DNA of 64,000 bases from Alphaproteobacteria bacterium (GTDB lineage: Bacteria; Pseudomonadota; Alphaproteobacteria; UBA828), in assembly GCA_965221125.1 (NCBI GenBank), contig CBDCRW010000007.1:96001-160000 (forward strand), in the 5' to 3' direction. Below are positions 17,881 through 26,922 of this stretch, one piece after another. Numbering within the stretch: the stretch's first letter is position 1; each line of letters opens with the position of its first letter. The notes under the pieces were generated by a model, which searched no databases, was not told the DNA's origin, and saw nothing but the letters and a program-made list of their open reading frames with translations. Both the position numbers and the translations under genes were made by a program.

Positions 17881-19947
17881 GTGAGCCAGTACCAGGTCTC
17901 GATCGACATCGGCGGGACCTTCACCGACTGCGTGGTCTCGGACGGGGCGAGGCTCGCGGTGGTCAAGGCGCCGTCGACGCCGCCCGCGTTCGAACGGGGT
18001 TTCCTGGACGCGCTCGAACTCGCCGCCCGCGCCTTCGGTTGCGATCTCGCGGACTTCCTCGCCCGCGCGCAGCGCATCGTGCACGGCACCACGGTCGCCA
18101 CCAACGCGCTGGTCGAGGGGCGGACCGGCGCGGTCGGGCTGATCTGCACCGCCGGCCACCCGGACGTGCTGACGCTGCGCGAGGCGCCCCGCAAGCGCGC
18201 CTTCGACTGGCGCCTGGACTATCCCCGGCCCTTCGTGCCGCGCGACCGCACTTACGAGGTGCGGGGCCGCATCGACGCGCGGGGCAACGAGATCGCGCCG
18301 CTCGCCGAAGAGGACGTGCGGGCGGCCGTGGATCACTTCAGGCGCTGCCCGGTGGACGCCATCGCCGTCAGCCTGCTCTGGTCGGTGGCCAATCCTGCGC
18401 ACGAGCGCCGCGTGGGCGAGATCGTGCGCGCGCTCTGGCCGGCGGTGCCGGTCACGCTCAGCCACGCGCTCAACCCGATCCCCCGAGAATACCGCCGCAC
18501 CATCGCCACCGCCATCGACGCCTCGCTGCACGGCATCGTGCCCGCCTACCTCGGCCGGCTGGAGAGTGCCGTCCGCGACGCGGGATTCTCGGGCACCCTC
18601 CTCGTCGCCAACTGCCAGGGCGGCATGATGACCGTGGGCGAGATCGCCGCGCAGCCGATCCACGCGGTGATGAGCGGGCCGACGCTCGCCCCCATCGCCG
18701 CGCTCGCGCTCTCGGACGAGCCCGACATCGTCGTCATCGACATGGGGGGCACCACCTTCGACGTCTCGGCGATCCGCGCGCGCAGCCTGATCCGCACCAC
18801 CGAGGCGCCGATCGCGGGCGACCTGCTGGGCCTGCCGAAGATCGACGTGCGCTCGGTGGGCGCCGGCGGCGGCAGCATCGCCTGGGTCGATTCGGGCGGC
18901 CTGCTGCGGGTGGGCCCGGTGAGCGCCGGCGCCGATCCGGGGCCCGCGGCCTACGGGCGGGGCGGCACGCGGCCCACGGTGACCGACGCCAACCTGGTGC
19001 TCGGGCTGCTCGACCCCGACTACTTCCTGGGCGGCCGGCTCACGCTTGACAGGGAGGCCGCAGAGCGCGCGGTGGGCACGGTGGCGGACGCGCTCGGGCT
19101 GGCGCTGGCGGAGGCGGCCTACGCGATCCACGTCACCAGCAACGAGAACATGATCGCGGCGATCGAGGACATCACCGTCAACGAGGGCATCGACCCGCGC
19201 GAGAGTTTTCTGGTCGCCGGCGGAGGCGCCACCGCCTGCCATATCGGCGAGATGGCGCGCGCGCTCGGCATCGAGCGCTTCATGGTGCCGGGCGTGGCGG
19301 CGGGGCTCAGCGCCTTCGGCGGGCTGGTGACGGACATCCGGGGCGAGGAGACGGCGACGCTCCACACCAGCGACCGCCACTTCGCGCTGGCTGCCGTCAA
19401 CGAGACCCTGGCGGCGCTGCAGGCGCGGGCACGGCGCTTCCTCGAGCGCGCGGGCGTGCCGGAGGCGGAGCGCCGCTACGAATACGCCTTCCAGGCCCGC
19501 TACAAGTACCAGTCCTGGGAGATCGAGGCGCCCTTCCAGCCGGCTGCGGGCGGGCTCGGCGCGGGCGACGTGCCGGCGCTCGCGGCCGCGTTCCACGACA
19601 TGCACGAGCGCATCCACACCATCCGCGAGGACCACGGCGAGGTCGAGTTCACAACGTGGACCGTGCGCGCCATCGGCACGGGCAAAGGCGCTGCCGGGGC
19701 GGCCCCGGCCGGCGCGGGTGACGGCGGGGCTCTGCCCGAGCGGGGCCGGCGCAAGGTCTATCTCGGCGAGGAACGGGCCTTCCGCACGTTGCCCGCTTAC
19801 GACGGCAACGCGCCGGGCGCGGGCGCGGAGGTCGCGGGCCCGGCGCTGATCGACAGCGCCACGACGACGATCCTGCTGCTCGCCGGCCAGCGGGCGCGCG
19901 CGGACGCGCACGGCAACTTCCACATCGCGCCTGCGGGCAGTCGCTGA
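17881..19947 (+). CDS. Hydantoinase A / 5-oxoprolinase ATP-binding subunit
   Basis: IDIGGTFTD, HGTTVATNAL, SGP, DMGGTTFD, GAGGGSIA, SAGADPGPA.YG and TVTDAN motifs. Confidence 0.93.
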   Translation: MSQYQVSIDIGGTFTDCVVSDGARLAVVKAPSTPPAFERGFLDALELAARAFGCDLADFLARAQRIVHGTTVATNALVEGRTGAVGLICTAGHPDVLTLREAPRKRAFDWRLDYPRPFVPRDRTYEVRGRIDARGNEIAPLAEEDVRAAVDHFRRCPVDAIAVSLLWSVANPAHERRVGEIVRALWPAVPVTLSHALNPIPREYRRTIATAIDASLHGIVPAYLGRLESAVRDAGFSGTLLVANCQGGMMTVGEIAAQPIHAVMSGPTLAPIAALALSDEPDIVVIDMGGTTFDVSAIRARSLIRTTEAPIAGDLLGLPKIDVRSVGAGGGSIAWVDSGGLLRVGPVSAGADPGPAAYGRGGTRPTVTDANLVLGLLDPDYFLGGRLTLDREAAERAVGTVADALGLALAEAAYAIHVTSNENMIAAIEDITVNEGIDPRESFLVAGGGATACHIGEMARALGIERFMVPGVAAGLSAFGGLVTDIRGEETATLHTSDRHFALAAVNETLAALQARARRFLERAGVPEAERRYEYAFQARYKYQSWEIEAPFQPAAGGLGAGDVPALAAAFHDMHERIHTIREDHGEVEFTTWTVRAIGTGKGAAGAAPAGAGDGGALPERGRRKVYLGEERAFRTLPAYDGNAPGAGAEVAGPALIDSATTTILLLAGQRARADAHGNFHIAPAGSR

Positions 19948-19957
19948 GGGCGGTGGC

Positions 19958-21742
19958 ATGGCAGAGACGGACACGCGCTTCGACCCGCTGCTGATGGCGG
20001 TGCTCTCCCGCCGGCTGGAGGCGATCATCCGCGAGATGAGCAACACGGTGATGCGGGCCTCGCGCTCGGCCGTCATCACCAACGCGCGCGACATGTCCTG
20101 CGGCATCCTCACCTACGACCACCGGCTCATCTGCGTCGAGGAGGCGATGCCGATCCACGTGAGCGCGCTGGAACTCACGACCCGGCCGATCACGGAGCTC
20201 TTCGACGACGTGAAGGAGGGCGACGCCTTCTTCAACAACAGCCCGTATCACGGGGTCACGCACCACGCGGACATGACGCTCTGCGTGCCGGTGTTCGCGG
20301 ACGGCGAGCCGCTGTTCTGGGTGCTGTCGCGCTCGCACCACGCCGACGTGGGCGCGCCGGAGCCCACCACCTACCTGCCCTACGCCGCGACGCTCTACCA
20401 GGAGGGCGTGCACTTCCCCTGCGTGCGCATCCAGGAGGGGCGCGAGGACAAGGCGGACATCGTGCGCATCGGCCTGCAGAAGATCCGCGCGCCCCACGTC
20501 TGGTACGGCGACTACCGCGCGCAAGTCGGCGCCTGCCGCATCGGCGAGCGCAGGCTGAAGGCGCTGGTGGCGCACTACGGCATCGAGACCGTGCGCGCCT
20601 TCGTCGAGGCCTGGATGGACTATGGCGCGAGGCGGGCGGCGGCGGCGATCCGCGAACTCCCCGCCGGCACCTGGCGCTACACCTGCAGCCACGACCCGAT
20701 CCCCGGCGTCGCGGAAGACGGCATCCCGATCACGGCCGCCGTCACCATCGAGCCGGAGGAGGGCGTCATCACCGTGGACCTCCGCGACAACCCGGACTGC
20801 GTGCCGGGCGGGGTGAATCTCTCCGAAGCCTGCGCCGCGGGCTCGTGCCGCATCGGCGTCTTCTACAACCTCGACCCCACGATCCCGCACAACGAGGGCA
20901 GCGCGAGCCGCATCAGGGTGAAGCTCCGGGACGGCTGCGTGGTGGGCCGGCCGACCTTCCCCGCCGGCACCTCGGTCGCCACCACCAACGTCAACGACCG
21001 CCTCATCAACGCCGTGCAGTGCTGCTTCGCGCAGATCGGCGCGCCGCACGGGCTCGCGGAAGGCGGCGGCAACTTCTCCGCCGGGCTCGGCGTGGTCTCC
21101 GGCATCGACGACCGCGACGGCGAGCCGGTGCCTTACGTGAACCAGTTCTGCGTCGGCCTCTCCGGCGGCCCCGGCACTCACGGTCACGACGGCTGGCTCA
21201 CCTACGAGGCGCCGGACGGCGGCGGCGTGCTGGTGATCGATTCGATCGAGATCGACGAGGCGCAGTACCCGATCCTGATGGAGGAGCGCCGCATCGCCTG
21301 CGACACCATGGGCGCAGGGCGCTGGAACGGCGCGCCGGCGACGCAGGGCGCCTACCGCTCGCTGTCCGGCCCGGTCTCGGTCTTCTACTGCAGTGACGGC
21401 GACCTCAACCCGGCGCAGGGCGTGCTGGGCGGCAGCGCGGGCGCGCCCTCGCTCAACCGCAAGCGGGCGGCGGATGGCGCGTTCGCGACGCTCCCCTCCT
21501 TCCACGAGGAGCGGCTCGGGCCCGGCGAGGCGATCCACTACCGCACGGTGGCGGGCGGCGGCTACGGCGACCCTTACGCGAGGGAGCCGGCCCTGGTGGC
21601 GGACGACGTGGCGCGCGGCTGGCTCAGCGCGGAGCGCGCGCTCAGCCTCTACAAGGTGGCGCTGGTGCGCGCCGCCAACGGCATCGACGTGCGCGTGGAC
21701 GGGGAGCGCACCCGCCTGCTCCGCGCCTGGGCCGGGGCGTAG
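19958..21742 (+). CDS. Hydantoinase B / 5-oxoprolinase subunit
   Basis: D.SC, NSPY.G.THH.D, HHADVG, YQEG and GGGYGDP motifs. Confidence 0.93.
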   Translation: MAETDTRFDPLLMAVLSRRLEAIIREMSNTVMRASRSAVITNARDMSCGILTYDHRLICVEEAMPIHVSALELTTRPITELFDDVKEGDAFFNNSPYHGVTHHADMTLCVPVFADGEPLFWVLSRSHHADVGAPEPTTYLPYAATLYQEGVHFPCVRIQEGREDKADIVRIGLQKIRAPHVWYGDYRAQVGACRIGERRLKALVAHYGIETVRAFVEAWMDYGARRAAAAIRELPAGTWRYTCSHDPIPGVAEDGIPITAAVTIEPEEGVITVDLRDNPDCVPGGVNLSEACAAGSCRIGVFYNLDPTIPHNEGSASRIRVKLRDGCVVGRPTFPAGTSVATTNVNDRLINAVQCCFAQIGAPHGLAEGGGNFSAGLGVVSGIDDRDGEPVPYVNQFCVGLSGGPGTHGHDGWLTYEAPDGGGVLVIDSIEIDEAQYPILMEERRIACDTMGAGRWNGAPATQGAYRSLSGPVSVFYCSDGDLNPAQGVLGGSAGAPSLNRKRAADGAFATLPSFHEERLGPGEAIHYRTVAGGGYGDPYAREPALVADDVARGWLSAERALSLYKVALVRAANGIDVRVDGERTRLLRAWAGA

Positions 21743-21808
21743 CCGGGGGCTTGGCCGGGATCGCTTGCCTGGCGCCCGCAACGCCGCCACCATTGGTCGG
21801 ATGACGGT

Positions 21809-21918
21809 CCCCACCTCCCCCTGGCCCCCTCCCCCCGGAGGGCGGAGGGGGAACGCAGCCGCGCCGGTCAGCGCCCCCTCTCCTCCCTGGGGAGGAGAGG
21901 GACGGGGTGAGGAGGGGG
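21809..21918. repeat. REP-like palindromic intergenic element (CCCCCTC...GAGGGG / CCCTCTCC...GGAGAGGG..GGGGTGAGG type)
   Basis: Two inverted sub-hairpins (CCCCCTCCCCCC GGA GGGCGGAGGGGG; CCCTCTCCTCCC T GGGGAGGAGAGGG) in head-to-head arrangement. Confidence 0.65.
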
Positions 21919-21955
21919 CTGGCGACGTACCGGCGCGCGGGAAGAGGAGAGAGCG

Positions 21956-22729
21956 ATGAGCACGTCGACGGCAAGGGCAGACACCATCCAGCTCGTGCCG
22001 AGCGAGGCCGAGCTTCGCGTGCAGCTCGCCGCCGCCTACCGGCTGGTCGAGCACTTCGGCTGGAACGAGTCGATCTACGGCCACCTCACCGTGCGCGTGC
22101 CGGGGCCGGAGCGGCACTTCCTCATCAACCCCTACGGGCTCCGCTACGGCGAGGTGACGGCGTCTAACCTGGTGAAGATCACGCTGGCGGGCGAGATCGT
22201 GGGCGAGAGCGCGTGGCCGGTGAACGCCGCCGGCTACGCCATCCACGGCGCGATCCACGCGGCAGCGCCAGAGGCGCACTGCGTCATGCACACGCACTCG
22301 CCGGCGGGCATGGCGGTGGCGGCGCTGGAATGCGGGCTGCTGCCGATCAGCCTGGATGCGACGCTTTTCCACGGCACCGTCGGCTATCACGAGTACGAAG
22401 GCGCGATCGTGAGCGAGGACGAGAAGGCGCGGCTGGTGCGCGACCTCGGCCGCAACCGCGCGCTCATCCTGCGCAACCACGGGCTGGTGACCGTGGGGCG
22501 CACGATCGCGGAAGCCTTCCTCTACCTGCACCGGCTGGAGACCGCGTGCAGGACGCAGGTGGACGCGCTCGCGATGAACAGCGCGCTGAGCTACGTGGCC
22601 GACGAGATCAGCGCACAATCCGCCCGCCAGATCGACGATTTCTCCACCCACGTGAGCGACATCGGCGCGCTGGAGTTCGCGGCCTTCATGCGGATGCTGG
22701 ATGAAAGGGGGGCGGGGTATAGGGGGTAG
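21956..22729 (+). CDS. Class II aldolase/adducin family protein
   Basis: RVQLAAAYRL, FLINPYG, IHGAIH, HTHS and LRNHG zinc motifs. Confidence 0.93.
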   Translation: MSTSTARADTIQLVPSEAELRVQLAAAYRLVEHFGWNESIYGHLTVRVPGPERHFLINPYGLRYGEVTASNLVKITLAGEIVGESAWPVNAAGYAIHGAIHAAAPEAHCVMHTHSPAGMAVAALECGLLPISLDATLFHGTVGYHEYEGAIVSEDEKARLVRDLGRNRALILRNHGLVTVGRTIAEAFLYLHRLETACRTQVDALAMNSALSYVADEISAQSARQIDDFSTHVSDIGALEFAAFMRMLDERGAGYRG

Positions 22730-22762
22730 GGCACTCGCCAATGTTTACATTTATCGTGTACC

Positions 22763-24337
22763 CTAACGTGTGGCGTTCTTGGCCCACTTACAAAGTGATG
22801 CCTCCAATGGTCGACGAAAGTTTCTTCTCTGCAAAAAGTATTTTCTTTCGTCTGCTGGGAACTGTGAACAACACAGCAAGAACGCGCGCTGCTGCCAAAT
22901 ATCCATGGCATCGAACGCCTCTTTATGCTCTCGGACCCAATCGACTACGTTATTCCTATAAGCAGCGAGAAGTATTTCGCGGCGTGCGTTCGGATCACTT
23001 GAGTTGTAGCGCGAAGCCAGTGATGGAAAGTGGTTTAGATACGAATTTCTACCAAACAGACTTAGAATTGAAAGCCTGAAGAATTCATTTTCCTTCACCG
23101 CCGAGCTTTCTAACAGGCGCAAGAGATCACTTCCTATGTCCTTCCAATCTTGTGGTTCAATATTTTGCACCGATGCCAGATACGAACAAATGTTCGCGAA
23201 GCATGGACCGAGTCTATCTATCATCTTTAGGGAGACACGCACCGCTCCGGGATGACCAATTTGTGCAAGCCTGCGATAAAACCACCGAAGCCTGATGTAA
23301 TCCGGACTAGACTTTCCAACATATTCCCTGATTATTGAGGAGATCTTATGTTCAGTTAATGCCTCCCAGTCATCCGAGTCCACTTGCTCATAGGAAATAA
23401 ATGCATATGGATTTCCCTTCGAGTACTTTCGCACAATACTAAGCATTTCCTTTTCATCGTCGTTGATTGGCCTATCCTCAACCATTTGACTGCAGAGACT
23501 GCGAAATTTAGCGGGTGTTAGGAACTGTGTCTTGTGTCGTTGCAGTGTCAGTCGCTGCTGTTTGTCCAATATCGAGGCGATTCTTCCTAAAGCCGAGTGT
23601 GCCTTCTTTTTGTTACGGCAAAATATAAGAATATCGTCCGCAAATCGTAGAAAATTCAGTCCTTCGGCTGCAAGTGCGTTGTCAAGAGGTATGAGTGTTG
23701 CCTCCGCAATAAGGTGAATGGAATGAGGGCCAATAGGTACCCCTCTGGAAACTCCTTCGGTAGTAGATTCAAGTAAACCAATGATCCACTTAGTTGCTTG
23801 GTTTGGAAAAGAAGAGTGGATCAATTGATTCTCGACGGTATGGTGATATATTTGGTTGTAGAAGTCAGCAATATCGCAGTAGAGAATGGTCCCTGATTTG
23901 AAGGAAAGATTGTGTGCCTTTTCCCAAAACTCATTCCAAGCAGATTGACTTGAATATAAGCCGTGTTCGTCGCTAGGACGAAATCTGTAACTGAATACAA
24001 TGTCGGTGGATTGCCTACGATCTTCGATACCTTGACCAAACTGGTGCAATAGTGCGGTCAGAATGATAGAGTCTTGGGGATCTAACTGTGTTGCTAAGCG
24101 ATAGGAAATTTCATCCTTGGGGACAATGAAGCGCCTGGACGCACCAGGGGTAAGAGTGTCTAGAGGTACTCTTGACAGCGACTTGATTAAAAGTTCTCTT
24201 TCATCCTGGAATGGTTGCAGTTCTAAAAGTTTGGGGAATATGTCACCGTCAGAGTGTCTAGTAATGGATTTGATGGCCCACTCGAGTGAAGTAGAATGCA
24301 AGGTTAAGTGGGAGGCGGGTTGTCGCTTCTTTGACAT
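22763..24337 (-). CDS. Stand-alone reverse transcriptase, UG/Abi (defence-associated, DRT-like) type with helical C-terminal domain
   Basis: 524 aa; VPK...YR...LDP.D, CDIADFYNQIYHH, GVPIGP and RFADD catalytic motifs, K(T)Q after RT7; about 250-aa helical tail; AT-richer than flanks. Confidence 0.88.
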   Translation of the reverse strand: MSKKRQPASHLTLHSTSLEWAIKSITRHSDGDIFPKLLELQPFQDERELLIKSLSRVPLDTLTPGASRRFIVPKDEISYRLATQLDPQDSIILTALLHQFGQGIEDRRQSTDIVFSYRFRPSDEHGLYSSQSAWNEFWEKAHNLSFKSGTILYCDIADFYNQIYHHTVENQLIHSSFPNQATKWIIGLLESTTEGVSRGVPIGPHSIHLIAEATLIPLDNALAAEGLNFLRFADDILIFCRNKKKAHSALGRIASILDKQQRLTLQRHKTQFLTPAKFRSLCSQMVEDRPINDDEKEMLSIVRKYSKGNPYAFISYEQVDSDDWEALTEHKISSIIREYVGKSSPDYIRLRWFYRRLAQIGHPGAVRVSLKMIDRLGPCFANICSYLASVQNIEPQDWKDIGSDLLRLLESSAVKENEFFRLSILSLFGRNSYLNHFPSLASRYNSSDPNARREILLAAYRNNVVDWVREHKEAFDAMDIWQQRAFLLCCSQFPADERKYFLQRRNFRRPLEASLCKWAKNATR

Positions 24338-24374
24338 GTTTGGTTACGCTAGCCGTTGGGAGGCAACTTGGCTC

Positions 24375-24404
24375 AGTATGGCAGAAGCATGTGGATAGGG
24401 TAAA
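24375..24404 (-). promoter_or_regulatory. Putative sigma70 promoter of the RT gene (TTTACC-18-CATACT with extended TG)
   Basis: Minus strand reads TTTACC ctatccacatgcttctgc CATACT; the -10 box ends 37 nt before the ATG. Confidence 0.45.
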
Positions 24405-24736
24405 CGGGCTGGGGTGGTGTGTCGTTTGCCTGGCGCACGTGTATCCGCACCATGGTGCGGTGCAAGGCGGGGGCGGGGCGGGGCAGTCTCGGCGGATGCG
24501 GTGTGTGGACGATTGCCCCGGAGAGATCGGCGGGCGGGAGCATTCGCGGCGGGCCGGCTGCTGGCGGGCCGCTCGCCGGTCGAGCGCGTGGCGGCGAAGG
24601 CGGGGCATGCGGAGGACGAGTGAGGCCGGCGGCACCCTCGGCACGGGGGGGCCCTCGGCGCGATGGCGGCCCTGGGCGCCGCGCCGCCGGCTCGTCGCCG
24701 GGCGCTCGTCCATCGGGCTCCCGCCGCCGCCGGGAC

Positions 24737-24860
24737 GGGCCGGCTTGGGCCACCATGAGCCGCCTTGGACCACTTTGGGCCACTTTGGGCCGCTCGTTTC
24801 GGACCACCTCGGGCCACTTTGGACCACTTTGGACCGGAATAGACCGGAATGGACCGCTTT
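24737..24860. repeat. Tandem array of about 12 degenerate 10-bp units, consensus GGRCCACTTT
   Basis: Units gggccggctt, gggccaccat, gagccgcctt, ggaccacttt, gggccacttt, gggccgctcg, a 4-nt offset (tttc), then ggaccacctc, gggccacttt, ggaccacttt, ggaccggaat, agaccggaat, ggaccgcttt. Confidence 0.85.
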
Positions 24861-24986
24861 AAGGCCAATTCGTGCAAAACGGCAACGCTTCAGCCATTTC
24901 TCGCTCGCGGCGGGCCGCTGTCGCGGCCTGTCGCGCGCTTTCGATTCCGCGCACCCGTGGGCGCGACCGTGCATGCCGGACGCGCT

Positions 24987-25460
24987 CTACCCGGTCTGCT
25001 CGGCCCAGCCGTCTGCGTGGGCGGCCAGGAACTTGCCGTCCACCTTGATGTGGGTGAAGAGCCACTTGCCGTCGCGCTTCACCAGGTCGTCGTCGTACTC
25101 GGCGGCGAACCAGCGGGCCTGCTTCTCGCCGTCGACCATCATGGTGCACCACATGATGAGCCACCACCTCGCGTTGGCCGTGTCGCCGTCGATGGTGATG
25201 ATCGGGTTCATCACCGGGTGGATGGCGAAGACGATCTCGTCCTTGATGCCGACGAAGAACTCCCTGATTTCGTCTACGCCCTCGTAGCGGCCGAAGTCGC
25301 CGCCGTCCCAGATGGCGTCCTCGACGAACAGGCTCACCATGCCGTCGGGGTCGTAGCCGTGATCGGCGTAGTAGCAGTACTGCGACTTCATCTGCTTGAT
25401 GGCTTCGATATCGGTGAGCCGCTGCACCTGCTGCTCCAGCGTCAGTTCGGTCATCGTCAT
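24987..25460 (-). CDS. SnoaL/NTF2-like protein (LinA/BaiE-like)
   Basis: LTDIEAIKQMK..YC..AD, LF.EDA.WD, H...NP.I.IDGD.A...W and Y.D...K.DG.W motifs. Confidence 0.85.
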   Translation of the reverse strand: MTMTELTLEQQVQRLTDIEAIKQMKSQYCYYADHGYDPDGMVSLFVEDAIWDGGDFGRYEGVDEIREFFVGIKDEIVFAIHPVMNPIITIDGDTANARWWLIMWCTMMVDGEKQARWFAAEYDDDLVKRDGKWLFTHIKVDGKFLAAHADGWAEQTG

Positions 25461-25466
25461 CTCCCT

Positions 25467-25910
25467 CTAGGACGCCGGCTCTTCGCCGCCGCCGAACGCC
25501 CGCAGCTTCGCCACCAGCTCCGCCGGAAGCGGCGCCGGGCGATGCGTCGTCTGGTTGGTGTTTACCCACACCACCTCGCCCGAGGCGAGGCGATCGTCCC
25601 GCCCCTTCGGATGGATCTCCAGGCCGAAGGTGAGGCTCGTCCGCCCGATCCGCCGGGTGCGCACGCCGACCTCGATCTCGTCGTCGAAGCGGATCGGCGC
25701 GTAATACTCCACCAGCGTCCTGACCGTGTGGTAGTCCTCGCCGGTGCGCTTTACCTGCCCCTGGTAGTCGTAGGGGAGCACGCGAAAGAACTCGGTGATC
25801 GCGGTGTCGAAGTAGGTGAGGTAGTGGGCGTTGAAGACGATCATCTGCCCGTCGACCTCCGCATACCTGACCCGGAAGGGAAAGAAGAAGGAAAAGTCGG
25901 ATCGTGCCAT
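25467..25910 (-). CDS. Acyl-CoA thioesterase (4HBT/YbgC hotdog fold)
   Basis: RVRYAEVD.Q.IVFNAHYL.YFD motif. Confidence 0.9.
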   Translation of the reverse strand: MARSDFSFFFPFRVRYAEVDGQMIVFNAHYLTYFDTAITEFFRVLPYDYQGQVKRTGEDYHTVRTLVEYYAPIRFDDEIEVGVRTRRIGRTSLTFGLEIHPKGRDDRLASGEVVWVNTNQTTHRPAPLPAELVAKLRAFGGGEEPAS

Positions 25911-26135
25911 GCGCGCTTCCCCGTTCGATCGCCGTGCGCCGGTGCCGCCGCCGGCGCCCTGGACTGGTCCGGGCGGAGCGGTCATCCTCCCGGCCCTGCA
26001 GCGCCCCAAAAGACCGAGGCCGGGAGGATATGCCAACACCGCCCCGTTCACATAGGCCGCAGCCGCCGGAAGGCGCGGCGCGCCATGCGGGCCGCCGCGT
26101 GATCCGGTCGCCGGAACGGCGCGCCTGAGGCTGCC

Positions 26136-26903
26136 GTGTCCCCCCTCTTCGACCTCGCCGGCAAGACGGCCGTCGTCACCGGCTCGACCAAGGGCATCGG
26201 CAAGGCCATCGCACGCGCGCTCGCCCAACACGGCGCGCGGGTGGTCGTCTCCAGCCGGGACGCGGGCCGGGTCGAGGCGGCCGCGCGGGAGCTCACCGAC
26301 GAGGGGCTCACGGCCCTCGGCCTCACCTGCAACGTGGGGCGCAAGGAGGAGCTGGAACGCCTGATCGAGGAAAGCCGCCGGGCCTTGGGGCGCATCGACA
26401 TCGTCGTCGGCAACGCCGCCATCAACCCGCACTATGGCTCGTTCGCGGACATCTCCGACGACGTCTTCGCCAAGGTCATGGCGACCAACGTGCAGTCCAA
26501 CCTGTGGCTCGCGCAGATGGTGGCCGGCGAGATGCGGGAGCGGAAGGACGGCGCGATCATCTACGTGTCGTCGATCGGCGGGCAGATCGGCTCCGACGTG
26601 ATCGGCGCCTACTGCATCTCCAAGGCGGCCGACTTCCAGCTCGTGCGCAACCTCGCCGTGGAGCTGGGGCCGCACAACGTCCGGGTCAACGCCATCACGC
26701 CGGGCCTGGTGCGGACGGATTTCGCGCGCGCGCTGTGGGAGGACGAGGAGAGCGCCGCGGCCCGGATCGCCCAGACGCCACTGAGGCGGCTGGGCGAGCC
26801 GGAAGACATCGCGGGCATCGCGGTCTATCTGGCCTCCGACGCCGGCCGCTGGACCACGGGCCAGAGCTTCGTCGTGGACGGCGGCACGTCGATTGCGCCG
26901 TGA
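26136..26903 (+). CDS. Short-chain dehydrogenase/reductase (DHRS4-like)
   Basis: TGSTKGIG, NAAINP, YCISK motifs. Confidence 0.92.
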   Translation: MSPLFDLAGKTAVVTGSTKGIGKAIARALAQHGARVVVSSRDAGRVEAAARELTDEGLTALGLTCNVGRKEELERLIEESRRALGRIDIVVGNAAINPHYGSFADISDDVFAKVMATNVQSNLWLAQMVAGEMRERKDGAIIYVSSIGGQIGSDVIGAYCISKAADFQLVRNLAVELGPHNVRVNAITPGLVRTDFARALWEDEESAAARIAQTPLRRLGEPEDIAGIAVYLASDAGRWTTGQSFVVDGGTSIAP

Positions 26904-26922
26904 CCCGCGCTCCTCGCCACGG

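Noticed and set aside
19649-22741. Long antisense and alternative-frame ORFs (this 1030-aa one and many similar)
   Set aside because: Arg/Ala/Gly/Pro-rich shadows of genuine genes, expected at high GC
22763-24337. RT as group II intron, retron or DGR
   Set aside because: No PQG/YADD plus maturase pattern or intron ends, no NAxxH/VTG retron motifs or effector gene, no template/variable repeat pair or avd gene seen
22741-24370. Integron cassette (CCCAAC upstream, GTTAG at the RT stop)
   Set aside because: Only isolated core-like words; no complete paired attC structure downstream and no integron integrase
24737-24860. CRISPR array or coding repeat (KWSKVVQSGP-type ORFs)
   Set aside because: Units are contiguous 10-mers without unique spacers and there are no cas genes; the overlapping ORFs are low-complexity with no recognisable domain
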